Made by a program: the position numbers and the translations under genes
Part shown: in pieces, positions 36,161-48,930 of the stretch
Layout: the number at the start of each line of letters is the position of its first letter
Numbering within the stretch: the first letter of the stretch is position 1
The notes under the pieces: model-generated
What the model saw: only the letters and a program-made list of their open reading frames with translations
Databases searched by the model: none
Told to the model about the DNA's origin: nothing
NCBI GenBank assembly: GCA_951406725.2
Contig: OX597819.1
Span: 90,954,001-91,018,000 of the forward strand
Length of the DNA: 64,000 nt
Direction of reading: 5' to 3'
Source: Octopus vulgaris
Taxonomy: Eukaryota

Positions 36161-38479
36161 AAGAAAAGATTAAAATGCATATGTCTGCATGTCTAGCTGT
36201 GTATGTGAGTGCGTATATGTATGGTTGTGTGTATGTATGTATGTATGTATGTGTGCACTTATGTATTATATACTTAGTGTAACCAATTCACTCATTTTTT
36301 ACTCCCTTTTTAATCTATTTCATACCAACCTACCTGAGACTGCCCTTAGTTATATCATGCTCTAAATCACTCATTTTAAATTGTTGAATTAATGCGGAAA
36401 CCTCTACTGAGTCGCTTGACTTGCTAGATATAACACCCAAGTCTTCCTTAAATTACACCTTACTGTTTTAGAAAAAAGCATGACTAAAGGGTGGGAATAT
36501 ACTGTTAATGTTTGAACCCTGTCTCATACAAGTAATTTGTTTCAGTTAGATTTAAAAGGAGTGAAATGCCAAAAGCAACACTGAGTTAATGGAACCCAGC
36601 AGGCCTAGAACTGAAGCAAACACTGGGTAATGAGACCATCATAAAAAATTGCTCTGTCTCTCCAGTACCTAAATCTGGGGTGTTGTTTAATGCTGTAAAT
36701 ATATAGTCAAATGCATTTCAGCAGTAATCATCCTATTCTTTTAGGAATATCTAAAATGAAACTATTTAAAATACCCATCTGGTTTGAAAAAAAATCTTGT
36801 TTTTAATTTCTTCGTCAGAAGAGAAGAGTGCCTGGTGGTAGTTTTATCTGGGCAATGGATTAAGTCTACCACCCAATTAGGCCATGACAAGAATTGAGCT
36901 CAAGAGATATAGAGCCAGAAAAAAAAATCAAAAAGGAAAATACCCTCAAGACATTTAGCTTAATATTCTTATGGTTCTGCTAATCCTCCTTTCTGGATCA
37001 GCACTTTTTTTATCAACCCTTCCCACCACCCGAACCCCAAAATGATGAAAAGCAAAGTCGAACTTGGTGGGATTTGAACTCAAAGAGCAGAAAATGAGAA
37101 TAAATATCGTGGGGCATTCTATCCAGCAATGTAATGACTTTATCAATTACCCATCTTTTTAAATGGTTGGGTGTGACTGAGGGGCATATTGAAATTATTT
37201 CTAGCAGGTCAAACGACCACAGAGAGACTCTGTTATTGTCTTTTTTCAAGGCCATTGCATATTCTGTGTAAGTATTAATATACAGAGTGTGTGTGTGTAA
37301 AGAGAGTATATATTGTATTGATGTCTCCCTGTAGCATAAAATGCTTCTATTTTGACGAGCTTACCACTGTTACGTGCTGACTTTCTGTCCTTTCCCTTCA
37401 GTAATTTACTGTGAAACAGAAAGCTCCTTTGTTATGTTTTTAATTCAACATCCACCTGCTGGTTTAACCTAAATAGAAATAAAATATCAAATCTGATATA
37501 TGCATGGTTACAGTGCTTTTCAAAAGATATTTTCTGAAGATTAGGAAGTTGGCCTTAAAACAAAATCATATGGCTTGTTTAATGTGAAGGTTATTATAAG
37601 GGGTAATCTTAAGATAAATGAGATTTTAGAAAATGTGCGGATAAAGATTTAGACTGTTAATTATTTTTAGAATTTGCGTGTGTGTATGACTCTAGGGGAA
37701 TTTCTACATACAATTAACACAGAACTAATCTTTATTCGTAGAGATTCTAATGCATACATACATGCATCCATATAAATGTACTTCACTTTCTTTTTCTTTC
37801 CTTTCCTCTTTCTTACTTTCACCCTCTCTCTATGTATGTATGTATGTATGCATGTATATACATACATATATTGTACATATTATATGTATATAAATACACA
37901 CACACACATGTTTGTCAACTGCGTCATCGTTGTTGTTGTTCAATGCTCATTTTCCATGCTGGCATGGGTTGGACAGTTTGATGGGAACAGGCTAGTCAGA
38001 AAACTACACCACACTTTGTTGTCTGTTTTGGCATGATTTCTACAGCCCTTCCTAACAACACCAACCACTTTACAAAGGGCACTGGGTGATTCTTACATGG
38101 TACCCACAGCAGTAAAGTCACCAAATAACTTGCTGGACAAGATCCTTCAACTGAGTGACAGAAAGTTGTTTGTATTTGAAGAGAGATACAACTACCTCAG
38201 ATGGAGAAGAGAGAAAGATGGTGAAAATGTGACAGAGGGATCAGGGGCTCTACACCTAATTTACAGGGCAGTGTATACATTGGAGTGGATCAGGGACTGA
38301 AGAGCATGGATCAGTGGGTGAGTTCACAAAGTTTTGAAAGAAGAATGGAAACTAAAGGTGGGGGGAAGGGATTTAACTGGGACATATGCACAAGTAGGTG
38401 GACGTGTGAGGGAAAATGGAGGTAAGTGGGGGAATTATTGGTGGTAAACATAAGTGAGTTGTGGGGTAGTAGGGGGATT

Positions 38480-39265
38480 ATGGACATGGAGTTTTATCTG
38501 CTGGGCATGTCTTCTCAAGGACAGCATATCACCAGTTGTCTCAGTCTTCATAATTTCTGTAAGGCTCAAAATCTAAAGACCATTTCTCACCACTTCATCC
38601 TACATCTTCATGCATCTTCTTCTTCCAGAAGTTTCCGCCACATTTAGAAATTGGCACCTCTTTATGCAGGTGTTCTCATCCATATGCATCACATGACCAT
38701 ACCAATGCAGTCTTCTCTCTTGCACACTACAACTGATGCCTCTTATATCCAATTTCTCTCTAAAAACATTTACTCCTGGCATTGCACTTCCAGTAAAGCA
38801 TGCTGGCTTCATTGCTTTCAAGCCTTCTCATGTCCTCTGCTGTCATAACCCATGTTTTGTTGCCATGTAGTACAGCTGTCTGTACACAGGCATCACACAC
38901 TTAGTCTTTTAACTCTGAAGGAGAGGCCCTCTGTGACCAACAAAGGTAATTGCTCTCTGAACTTTGCCCAGCTAGTTCTTATTCTAGTAGTGGAGGCTGC
39001 TTTCAGAGTAACATCCACCATTACTAATTTGGTTACCTGGGTAACAAAAACTATCTACTACCTCCAATGATCTCCTTACATGCTTATGGAAGTCTGTTTC
39101 CTGCTCATCCTTAGTGTTCATTGTACCTGCACATTTACCACAGGCAAAAACTGCTTTTTATGTTAACCTTCCTGTGATTCCATTGCACTTCTTATGTGTC
39201 CATAGCTTGCACTGAGTGCACAGTATGGAATTTCTACCTGCATCTTTTTGACATATTGATGACAA
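38480..39265 (-). pseudogene. Decayed RTE-clade LINE, C-terminal part of ORF2
   Basis: SICQKDAGRNSILCTQCKLWTHKKCNG...FACGKC, then REKLDIRGISCSVQERRLHWYGHVMHMDE...CIKRC (RTE RLRW.GHV motif). Confidence 0.9.
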
Positions 39266-40719
39266 TTCAAAACCAACAAGACTTGGGTGATGAAGGCCTT
39301 CCTTCAGGAAAGTAAATGACCACAAGGGATACTAAGACAGAGCTGAACAAACAGGGTTCCAACTGGAGAGAAGCAGAAAAGACAGCCTGTGTGGAGGAAA
39401 GAGTCATTGATGGCCTTTGCATAAGGATGAAGGGCTTAAAGAGAAAAGATGAACCAACCAAACCCAACCTGCTGTTAATTTGATGAGTTAGTTACAAATA
39501 TTTTATGGTGTATTAACCCATTAATTTGTAAATATACAAGAATGAAGACAGAATGAAAAAGTCAGTTAGAATCAAGTAAGAAAGGCTTAAATTCAGTGCA
39601 GAAGTTTTTATATTTTGAAATAATAAAATATATCAATGTAAAATATTACTAAAACTCTTCTGACTGAAGGTATGTTGGGCAAAATTCAGCTGAGGTGCAG
39701 TCTTCATCATCATCATCATCATTTAGCATCCGTTTTCCATGATGGCATGGATTAGACATGGAGAGCTGGTAAGCTGGAGAGCTGTACCCAGCTCCAATCT
39801 GATCAGGCTTGGTTTCTACAGCTGGATGTTCTTCCTAACACCAACCACTCCACGAAAGTAGTGGGTGCCTTTTATATGTCACTGGCATGGTGCCTCTTAC
39901 ATATCACCAGCAAGGGTACCTTTTGTGTGTCACTGGCACCTGTGCCTTTTATGTGTCACCAGCACTGACCACAACTACAATTTCACTGGGCTTGACGTGT
40001 CTTCTCAAGCACAGCAAATCACCAATGGTCTCAATCACTTGTCATTGCCTCTGTAGACTCAACATCCATAGACCATGTTTCACCACCTTGTCCCATGTCT
40101 TCCTGGGTCTGTTTGCACATATTTATTTTATTACAAACTAAGCAATGTTAGACTAATCGTTTAAAGCAAAAATCAACCTATGTTGTTTAGTAAACATCCC
40201 ATCAGTCTGTCAACCCATCCAAAAATATGTTCTGTATATATTTTACTGTAAAATATGTCAAAAACTTTTTATTTGTTTACATAATTTATGCAAGCGTGTC
40301 AGTTTGCTGTGTATGAAAAATTGCAAAATTTACTGCAAGCATGATATTTTTATTTATATATTTAATACATTTAGTTTTAATCCATTCATGCTCATATTTC
40401 TAATGAAATATACATACACTCCTTTGTTGTTCAGCTGAGTTTTGAAATATTCCAGGATTTGAGGAAAGTTAACAGAATAACTAAAATTTTTAATATCAAG
40501 ATGTTTAGAATGTAACTTAATAAAGGTTTCATTTATAAAATCTAATTATGATGGAATGTGAATTCTTTAAAACAGATTTTGTATCACAACCCGAAGTTGT
40601 TTCAGGTAAGAGTTAAAGAATAGAAAAAGAACGATCTTTTCTCTAAAATATCTCTTTAAAAAGTAACAAGCAACACCTTCATTGTAATTTAATTATTGAT
40701 ACTTTCATAACACAAACAC

Positions 40720-41800
40720 AAACATTTAGATGCAGATATTGGTGCAACTTAACAACCACCAGTATGGTTTCTATAAAGCAGATCTACCAGTGATCTACTA
40801 CTCCTCTTTGTCACCCACCAGTGGACATATGTCCTGGAGAAATTTGGTAAAGCAATTTTGTTGCCATCCACATAAAGTTTTTGACTATATTTAGATGCAA
40901 TTTTTTAGATTGGTAGCTTCCTATAAGATACCACTATCTTGGTTTATATTCACAGAGCACTTTCTACCTATGATTTTATCATTTCTGGCATGTCACCCAC
41001 TCTTTTCCTTCCATGCATCAATGACTTATCTGCCATTGTGTCCAACACCACTTGTTCTTATGTAGATGACACTCCACTCAAGTGTTCCCTTACTTTCCCC
41101 GTCTATGCATCATCTACTTGTAACCTAGACACCACTTGCCAAACTTGCAATGACTATGAACAGATATTCAAAAATTTCCTCCAATTGTCATTCTTGTTTC
41201 TTCCAAAAGTAAGAAAACACAAACACTATTCATAGAAAAAAAAAACTATAATATCCCATCCCGCCTAACTATGGGCAGTATGCAATTAGAAATCTCTCAA
41301 TGACTCCAAAAGTTTGATCTCACTATCACTAAAGATCTCTCCTGGTGAAAGAACATCCTTAACATAGCTAGGACTGCATCCCAACAACTGGCCCTTCTCT
41401 TCAGGTCAAGAAGATACCTCATCCCCCCAGCAATTATTGACATTCCAGAAAGTTCAGGTATATATTACAATAGAGTATTGCTCTCCTATATGAGATGTTG
41501 CTACTGCAACATACACAGATATGCTTGACTGCTTCCAGAAAAGGGCTACCAGATTGAATGGCATAAAATCATTCACAGATATGCTCCAACCTCAGACCAC
41601 AAATCTGTGCACTGTCTCTTCTCTATTTTTTTCTTTCTCCACTATAATGGCTTCAACCATCCTTGTTATGCCCAACCCACCAGACTCTGTACTAATCACT
41701 AATGTTAGCGTTTTGGAAGTCCCTCTTTGCTTATGGATTTCCCACAGGTGTTGACTTACAAAGGTTCAAGAGGAACATGAATGACATTGCACTATCTAAG
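40720..41800 (+). pseudogene. Decayed CR1/L2/Jockey-group LINE reverse transcriptase fragment
   Basis: NHQYGF, SPTLFLPCINDL, SYVDDT, EYCSPI and LDCFQKRATRL remnants appear in the expected order. Confidence 0.85.
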
Positions 41801-42061
41801 AGGACCTTAGAAGGTCATGGGTAATAATCTTTTCTGCCAAACCAATAAATAAAAAAATAAATAAACTCATTCAGAAATTCTAACTTCACTGCAAGTTTTG
41901 AGAGTATAGTCTTCTATAATAATTCATTCAAAATTAAGATTCTTTATAGGAAAGTAATTGACTTTATTGATTGATTCCATCCCATTCCATACATACACAT
42001 GGAAGGATGACAGGAAGGCAGTTAACTCTAGAGGGTCTGAAGGATGAAAAGAAGGCTGTTG

Positions 42062-42425
42062 TTTTAGTGTGAGTCTTAGTTCTTTCTGTAAAGTTGGCCA
42101 GTACATTGGGCAGCAATACATCTCCAATAATACCCCCTTTTTTTAGCATAGTCACCTGCACCTTCCCATGTGATGCTAAGTTGCTTCAGAATGTCTTTGA
42201 AGGTGGTACACCATGTCATTTTAGCTCTCCCTCGCTTTTTTTGTCCCCCTGGTAGTACCCATTGTATATCTGTCTTAGGTATTTGTCCTTCTGGCAACTG
42301 GAAAACATAACTCACACGTTTCACTCCTCTTTCCACTACAATTTGCTCTAGGCTGCACAGATTGGCTCTTCTCTGGACTTCAGTGTTTGTGATTTTATCT
42401 TGAATATTCTGCGTAGATACCATTG
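42062..42425 (-). pseudogene. RTE/RTE-X LINE 3' fragment inserted into a family B SINE remnant
   Basis: DKITNTEVQRRA...QIPKTDIQWVLPGGQKKRGRAKMTW. Flanked by the direct repeat TCTGAA(G/A)GATGAAA(A/G)GAAGGC at about 42036 and 42427. Confidence 0.8.
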
Positions 42426-42821
42426 ATCTGAAAGATGAAAGGAAGGCAGTTGACTCTGGAGGGATTTGAACTCAGAACTCAGAACTCAGAACATAAAGAA
42501 AAGTAATGGAATACTGCAATTCATTTAATGTGACAATCTATTGTGCCTGTCTTCGTAAATCTGGAATATAAGGAAACTGAGGTGTTGATTCAGTCACTTC
42601 CGACAATCTAAAATGAAATGATTGATTTATTTTTTCAATAGAATTTTATGAATTAACAACACTCATTGAGTTAACAGCTCACTTTAAGTTGTTGTTCAGA
42701 ACTAATGAAGCAGACCTATAATCAAAGGCATTCCTTCTGCAACCATCCTTTTTTCCCCCTATCTGCAAGGAACCCAGGACCGTATTATCCAATGTATTTT
42801 TTTCTAAGAAGATAGCATATA

Positions 42822-42875
42822 ATTTGAGGGAGATTTGGTTACTATTTCTAGCAAGCTGAGCAACCATGTTGAATC
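42822..42875. repeat. Dispersed repeat family E core (TTGAGGGAGATTTGGCTGCTATTTCTAGCAGG...), representative copy
   Basis: The same motif occurs in either orientation at about 430, 4665, 8730, 15410, 15795, 18390, 25425, 27075, 36415, 37190, 44675, 50685 and 59030/59100. Confidence 0.75.
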
Positions 42876-43596
42876 TCTCACTCTCTCACCCACATATTTG
42901 ACCTCATTAAAGAACAAATATGTAGGTGTATTTATTGTTGTTTAACATCAGATCAATCTTGATCAAAGGTATTCCAGCTGTGACACCCTAGAAGCTTAGC
43001 AGTGTAGGAGTGTTGGTTATTGAACAATCATCATCATCATCTACTTACCTATGTTTGTATTGGTCAAATGAAAGTATGTTGAGCTCTGGGGTTAAAGTAA
43101 TTAACTAGTCCTCTCCCCACAAAATTTTAGGCCTGCTGACCTCAAAACATAAAAGATAGATGAAATGTTGCTAAGCACTTTGTCCAGCATGCTGAAGTTT
43201 CTGCCAACTTACCACTTTATGAGGAAGATATAAACAATAGTATTCATTTATTCTTTTGCATGTTTCAGCCCTAAGACTGTGGCCATTCTGGAACACTGCC
43301 AGTATGTAAAAAAATCAGTTGCTTTGGTCCATTTGGAAACCTCTGTCACGTTTATAGGAGATGTGGGTTCACAGGTCATGAGCAGCCTTTGATGTTTCCT
43401 AAGGGTTTTTTAATGCAATTTCATATGCTTCTATCTATCTACTTCAAATTCCACCAAGGTTGACTTTGCCTTTCATCCTTTAAGAGTCGATAAAAAGAAC
43501 ACCAGTTGCACACCAGGGGGTCAATGTAACTGACTAGCCCCCACCCCCAAAATTTCAGGCACTGTGCCTATAACAGAAAAGGTTATTTATCTGCTT

Positions 43597-44042
43597 TAAC
43601 CCTTTTGTTAACGTATTTATTTTGACATGCTCTGTGTTTCTTTCAATTAATTTTAAATATAACAAAGAATTTAGTAAAATAACTTAGTTACCTATTTCTT
43701 TACTACCCACAAGGGGCTAAACACAGAGAGGACAAACAAGGACAGACAAATGGATTAAGTCGATTATATCAACCCCAGTGCATAACTGGTACTTAATTTA
43801 TCGACCCCGAGAGGATGAAAGGCAAAGTCGACCTCAGCGGAATTTGAACTCAGAACGTAACAGCAGACGAAATACCGTTAAGCATTTCATCCGGCGTGCT
43901 AACGTTTCTGCCATTAAGCCATTAAGCTGGTATTAAGAACATAAATTCAGACTAAGGTTTGATGGAAGATTTTAATTCAAAACTTATGAACTTACTACAG
44001 AGCCAGAGATGGTTTCAGCTGGGTTGGTATCAAGAGAGTTAA
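43597..44042. mobile_element. piggyBac-type MITE (TTAA-flanked) with a nested family B SINE
   Basis: TTAA-CCCTTTTGTTA ... TATCAAGAGAG-TTAA. A related decayed copy lies at about 40377-40616. Confidence 0.7.
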
Positions 44043-46018
44043 AGTGGTAAGCTGGCAGAATCGTTAGCATGTCAGACAAAATGCTCAGCAGTATTTCGTC
44101 TGACTATATTCTGGGTTCAAATTCTGCCAAGGTCGACTTTGCCTTTCATCCTTCTGGGGTCAATAAAAAGTGTACCATTTGGACATTGGGGTCGATGTAG
44201 CCAACTACCCACCTCCTCCAAAATTTCAGGCCTTATGCTTATAATAGAAAGAACTATTTGTCTGCTTTGAGATCCACGGCTCCAAAATTATTTCCTGTTC
44301 TCTTGACTTTTATAAATTTTTAGAATATCAACAAGACTAATTATATTTTCTTTTCATATAATAATTTAGGGTAGTAGTCTCACACTCATGATTCTACATT
44401 GGGTTCCTCCATTTTAGACATCAGTCAACACCAAATAAAATATATTTTTGGCCTAATTTGAAATATCATTCATCAACTTAAAAATTAAACAATTAAGAGG
44501 GAAATATCATTTATTTCAATTAAAAGACATACAGAGAACTGTATGTCTTTTCTTATTTATATTCTGTGAAGTAGTGGGAATGTATGCTGATTGAGGCAGC
44601 CTTAGAGTTTCCTCTCCCCCACTAGGCACCCATAAGCTATATAGATTACAGCTGTGAGAGTCTCTATGTGATTACTTGACCTGCTAGAAATAGCAGCCAA
44701 ATCTCCTTCAAAGGACACATGATTGTCTATCGAAAAAAAATAGAAAAAGCAGTGTATATTGGATATTGTAGTTTTAAAAACATTTTATCTTGGGGAAAAG
44801 AAAACATAGACTGGATGGTCATACCCTAAATGCCTTTAATCATAGGTCTACTCAGTCTACATGATTTGGTATGAGCTGGGAGGGGTTGCAGGGTTAAACC
44901 ATCACCACCACCACCACCACAACAACAATAACTTGTGTTGTTTAAAGATGAAATAAACTTTCATTAATTCATGTTCATGCAAAACAGAGCCTCTCCGATC
45001 ATTTATATTTTGTGAACTATGTAGAAACTGGAAAATATATTTCCATAATGTGTCATGCCTTCTTGTTTTTGTTTTTATTCAAGGCTGTAATTTGACATGG
45101 CTGCCAACAAATTCAATATTAGCCACTGTGACTATTAAATTGTAGTGTGCAGACTGGAAATTTGTCAAACTATTAAAGTCTTGTCTTCTTCGCTGAATTG
45201 CCTGGAAGAGATTATTACTAGAAAGCTGGATATGAACAACCGCAGGAGTTTATGATAATAATATTAATACTTTGTAAGAGATTACTATCACAGTGATAAG
45301 ATAAAAGGGAGCTTCTGTTCAGAACTTATATACAAATGTATAAGTGCATGTGTGTTTGTGAATATAATTGTGTGTGTGTGTGTGTGTGTTTGTTTGCGTG
45401 TGTGTGTGTGTGTGTGCATGTAAAACCAACATCATTATGGTTGTACATGCACCTTTCTATGCAGCCATGGGCTGGGTGAGTTTCCTGAGATGGTTGGAGG
45501 ATCTTCATTTTACCTTTTCAGGCATATCTACTTACTATAAAACCAGAATACACACAATATGTGTGTATGTGTGTGTACATGCATGCATGAATGTATTTAT
45601 TTTAATCATCATGTTGCATCCAATTTCTATTATATGTATGTGTATATATAATATATATGCATGTATGTGTTACATATATAATATATACATGAGTATAAAC
45701 TGATTTAGCCTCTTTCATCTTCCCTAATTTACTAAAGGCATTCTAAGTGTGTGTGTGTGTGTGTGTGTGTGTGTATTAACAACTTCACTTGATCCTGTTG
45801 TCAGCTATGAATACCAAATTCATCTTCAGAGTCCTTTTGTTATATATTAACAGCTGAACTCAGTCCCACATTCACTGAATTTTCATTGGCATAAATCTTA
45901 TTTCAAGTTATCGAATAAGATACAATGAGTTACATCTATGAACGTTCAATGAATGCAAGACTGTGTCTGCCTGATATCATATGATATAAGAACTCTGAAA
46001 GACAAATTCGTTATTCAT

Positions 46019-46510
46019 AGCTGATGGCATGCATTGATGCAAAAATGCATTCATCCTACTATCTGATAATGCCAATCATAGCCCATTGTGTTTTCATGCA
46101 TTTTGTCCATGAGGAGAATTTTCTCCTGAGACTATTTTTGCAGTGAAAGGTCCAGTCATGTCTGAGAGCACACAAACATGTTAAATATAGTTGTACATGA
46201 TTATATTTTATTCAACACTGTTTTGTGTACTGCTAGCTATTTAATTCCAACTTGAACAAGCTTTAAAAACATCAGTAGATGTACTATTTGCTGTTATTAT
46301 AAATAAGAATGGCTGTTCTTATAGAGCTGTGAAAGATGAATTTGGAATTTGTAGCTGATGACATGCAATGATGCAGAAATGCATGTGTTTATGATCTGAT
46401 GACATCATTTATAGCCCAATGCTTTTTCACACATTTTGTCTGTGAAGAGAATTTTCTCCCAGGACTATTTCCACAGTGTACACAGACATGGTAAATACGG
46501 TCGTACATAA
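46019..46510. repeat. Diverged direct duplication (units about 160-180 bp, period about 333 bp)
   Basis: TAGCTGATG(G/A)CATGCA(T/A)TGATGCA(A/G)AAATGCAT...GAGAATTTTCTCC..GACTATTT..CAGTG at 46019-46200 and 46352-46510. Confidence 0.85.
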
Positions 46511-46768
46511 CTATGGCAAAGTACTACAAACTCTAGGCTATAGTAGTCAGAATTAGAAATTATCTAGAAAACTAAAGAGAGGAGAGCTGTATGAAAAGTA
46601 AGAGTCCTACTAGGTCATGACTTTGTTATTATGTACCCCAACTGTAACCATGGATTTTATTCTAATATTAGTTTTATAAACTATCTCAGAAACCAGTCCA
46701 CAACAAGTAAAGTTGCTAATCTGGTCATCTTCAGAGACATATAGAACGAATATCATGTATGATAAGTA

Positions 46769-47040
46769 TTTTGAAATATTTCTGTGCTCAGACAGCATGA
46801 ATTAGAAAATCTAAGATAAATTTAAACTAGTAAGACTACAGTTCATAACACCTACACTGTGGAAAGTAAACAAAAGTGAATTCATTTTGTTATTCTCTTT
46901 GCTAACATTAGCTTTCTGTTTATGAAGAAAATAAGGACATGCATTCATAACTGTTTACTTTCCACAGCATAGATACTTACTTAAAAACTTATCTTTGATA
47001 TTCTACTACATAATCTCTGAGCATAAAAATATTTTAAAAA
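46769..47040. repeat. Old degenerate inverted repeat (about 90-100 bp arms)
   Basis: CTGTGGAAAGTAAACA (46857-46872) pairs with TGTTTACTTTCCACAG (46952-46967). The outer AAATATTTCTGTGCTCAGA pairs with TCTGAGCATAAAAATATTT. Confidence 0.8.
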
Positions 47041-48339
47041 TCATTACACACACATCATTATCATTTAATATCCCTCCACCATGCTGGATTGGGTAGTTTC
47101 ACAATGTCTGCTTTGGCATGTTTCTATAGCTGTATGTCCTTCCTAATGCAAATTGCTTTATAAAGTGTGCTGTGTGAATTCTTTGTGGCACCAGCGCTTT
47201 TGAATCTTTCAAGACTAAAATCTCCCTCTCTGAGTGGGGCTACAGTACTGAAGGAGGCAGCGTTATGCTAGGTGATGAAAGGTTAGAGTATGAAGGAAGG
47301 GGCCTGAACAGGTTTCTTACTGTAGAAAAGATATTTGGCTACTCACATCATAAATGAGCAAGTGAAAGTAATTGGTGTGGAGTTGGAAGGAGAGATAAAT
47401 ATAGTGGTGACTAAGCACCAGGGTGGGCCCTAGGAGCAATAGAACTAGAAGGAAAAGCTGGATAGAAGGAGCAAGGATGGATGAAGAGAGTGTCAACCAG
47501 ATTCAGTCAGCCTGAGGTGATAATAAAGACATTTTCTCAAGTTGCTGCAATGTAGGACTGAATCCCAAACCACATGGTTGGGAAACAAACCCCTTAATCA
47601 CACCTTATGTGCCCTTCATATATGTGCATATACTGATTTTGTATATGCCTATCTAGAATGATATTCTTAGAAAATTTGAATTTTTCATGAATAATAAATA
47701 ATATGTAACATGAAAGATATATATATATATATATATATTTATCATCATCATCATCATCATCATCATCATTTAACGTCTGTTTTCCATGCTGGCATGGGTT
47801 GGACAGTTTGACTGAAAGGTGGTAAGTTGGGGAGCTGGACCAGGTTCTGATCTGATTTGGCATGGTTTCTATGGCTGGATGTCCTTCCTAATGCCAGCCA
47901 CTCCGAGAATGTTGTGGGTGTTTTTATGTGCCACTGGCATGGGTGCCATTGATTTCACACAGGCATCAGCCAAGACTATGGTCTTACTTGGCTTGACGGG
48001 TCTACACATGCATGGTATACTGCCAGTGGTCTTGATCACCTGTCACTGGCTCCATGTGGTTCAACGCTCGAGCGGTGCATTTTAAGTGCCACCGGCACAG
48101 GTGCCAGTCACTTCAATATCCAAATATTTATGAATAAAAAACTGATCTTAACCAAGAATAAAATTATTTGCTGAACTTGAGAACAAACTTTTTTTCTATT
48201 TCTTTAACCTTTTAACAGTGAAATTTAATTTCATTGTTATTCCAGCAACAATCAGTAAGTATCTACCAATCTACCAAAAAATAGAACTGGTATTTTCTGC
48301 AAGTCATGTTGCTTCATTAAACTTAACATATTTCTTCTA

Positions 48340-48930
48340 TATTCTTTTATCTTTTACTTGTTTCAGTCATTAGACTGCGGCCATGTTGGGGCAATGCCCT
48401 GACAAATTTTTAGTTGAATAGACCCCAGTACTTTTTTAAGCCTGGAACTTATTCTCTTTTGCTAAACTGTTAAATTATGTGGATGTAAACACACCAGATG
48501 TCAAGCAGTGGGGCAAGTAAACAAACACAGACACAAAAACACACATATATACGTGCATATATATATATATATGTTTCTTTATTACCCACAAGGGGCTAAA
48601 CAAGGACAGACAAACGAACTAAGTCGATTACATCGACCCCAGTGCGTAACTGGCACTTAATTTATCGACCCTGAAAGGATGAAAGGCAAAGTCGACCTCA
48701 GCGGAATTTGAACTCAGAACGTAACGGCTACACATTTCGCCCAGCGTGCTAACGGTTCTGCCGTGTACAACAGGCTTCTTTCAGTTTTCTTCTACCAAAT
48801 CCACTCATAAGACTTTGGTTGGCCTGAGGCTATAGTAGTGGACACTTGACTAAGATACCACACAATGGGATTGAACTTGCAACCATGTGGTTGGGAAGCA
48901 AACTTCTTACCACACAACCATGCCTGAGCC
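48340..48930 (-). mobile_element. SINE family A copy with a family B SINE nested in its internal (TA)n (about 48573-48765)
   Basis: Family A tail 48340-48545 and head 48770-48930 are interrupted by a family B sequence (ATTACCCACAAGGGGC...GGATGAAAGGCAAAGTCGACC). Confidence 0.85.
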
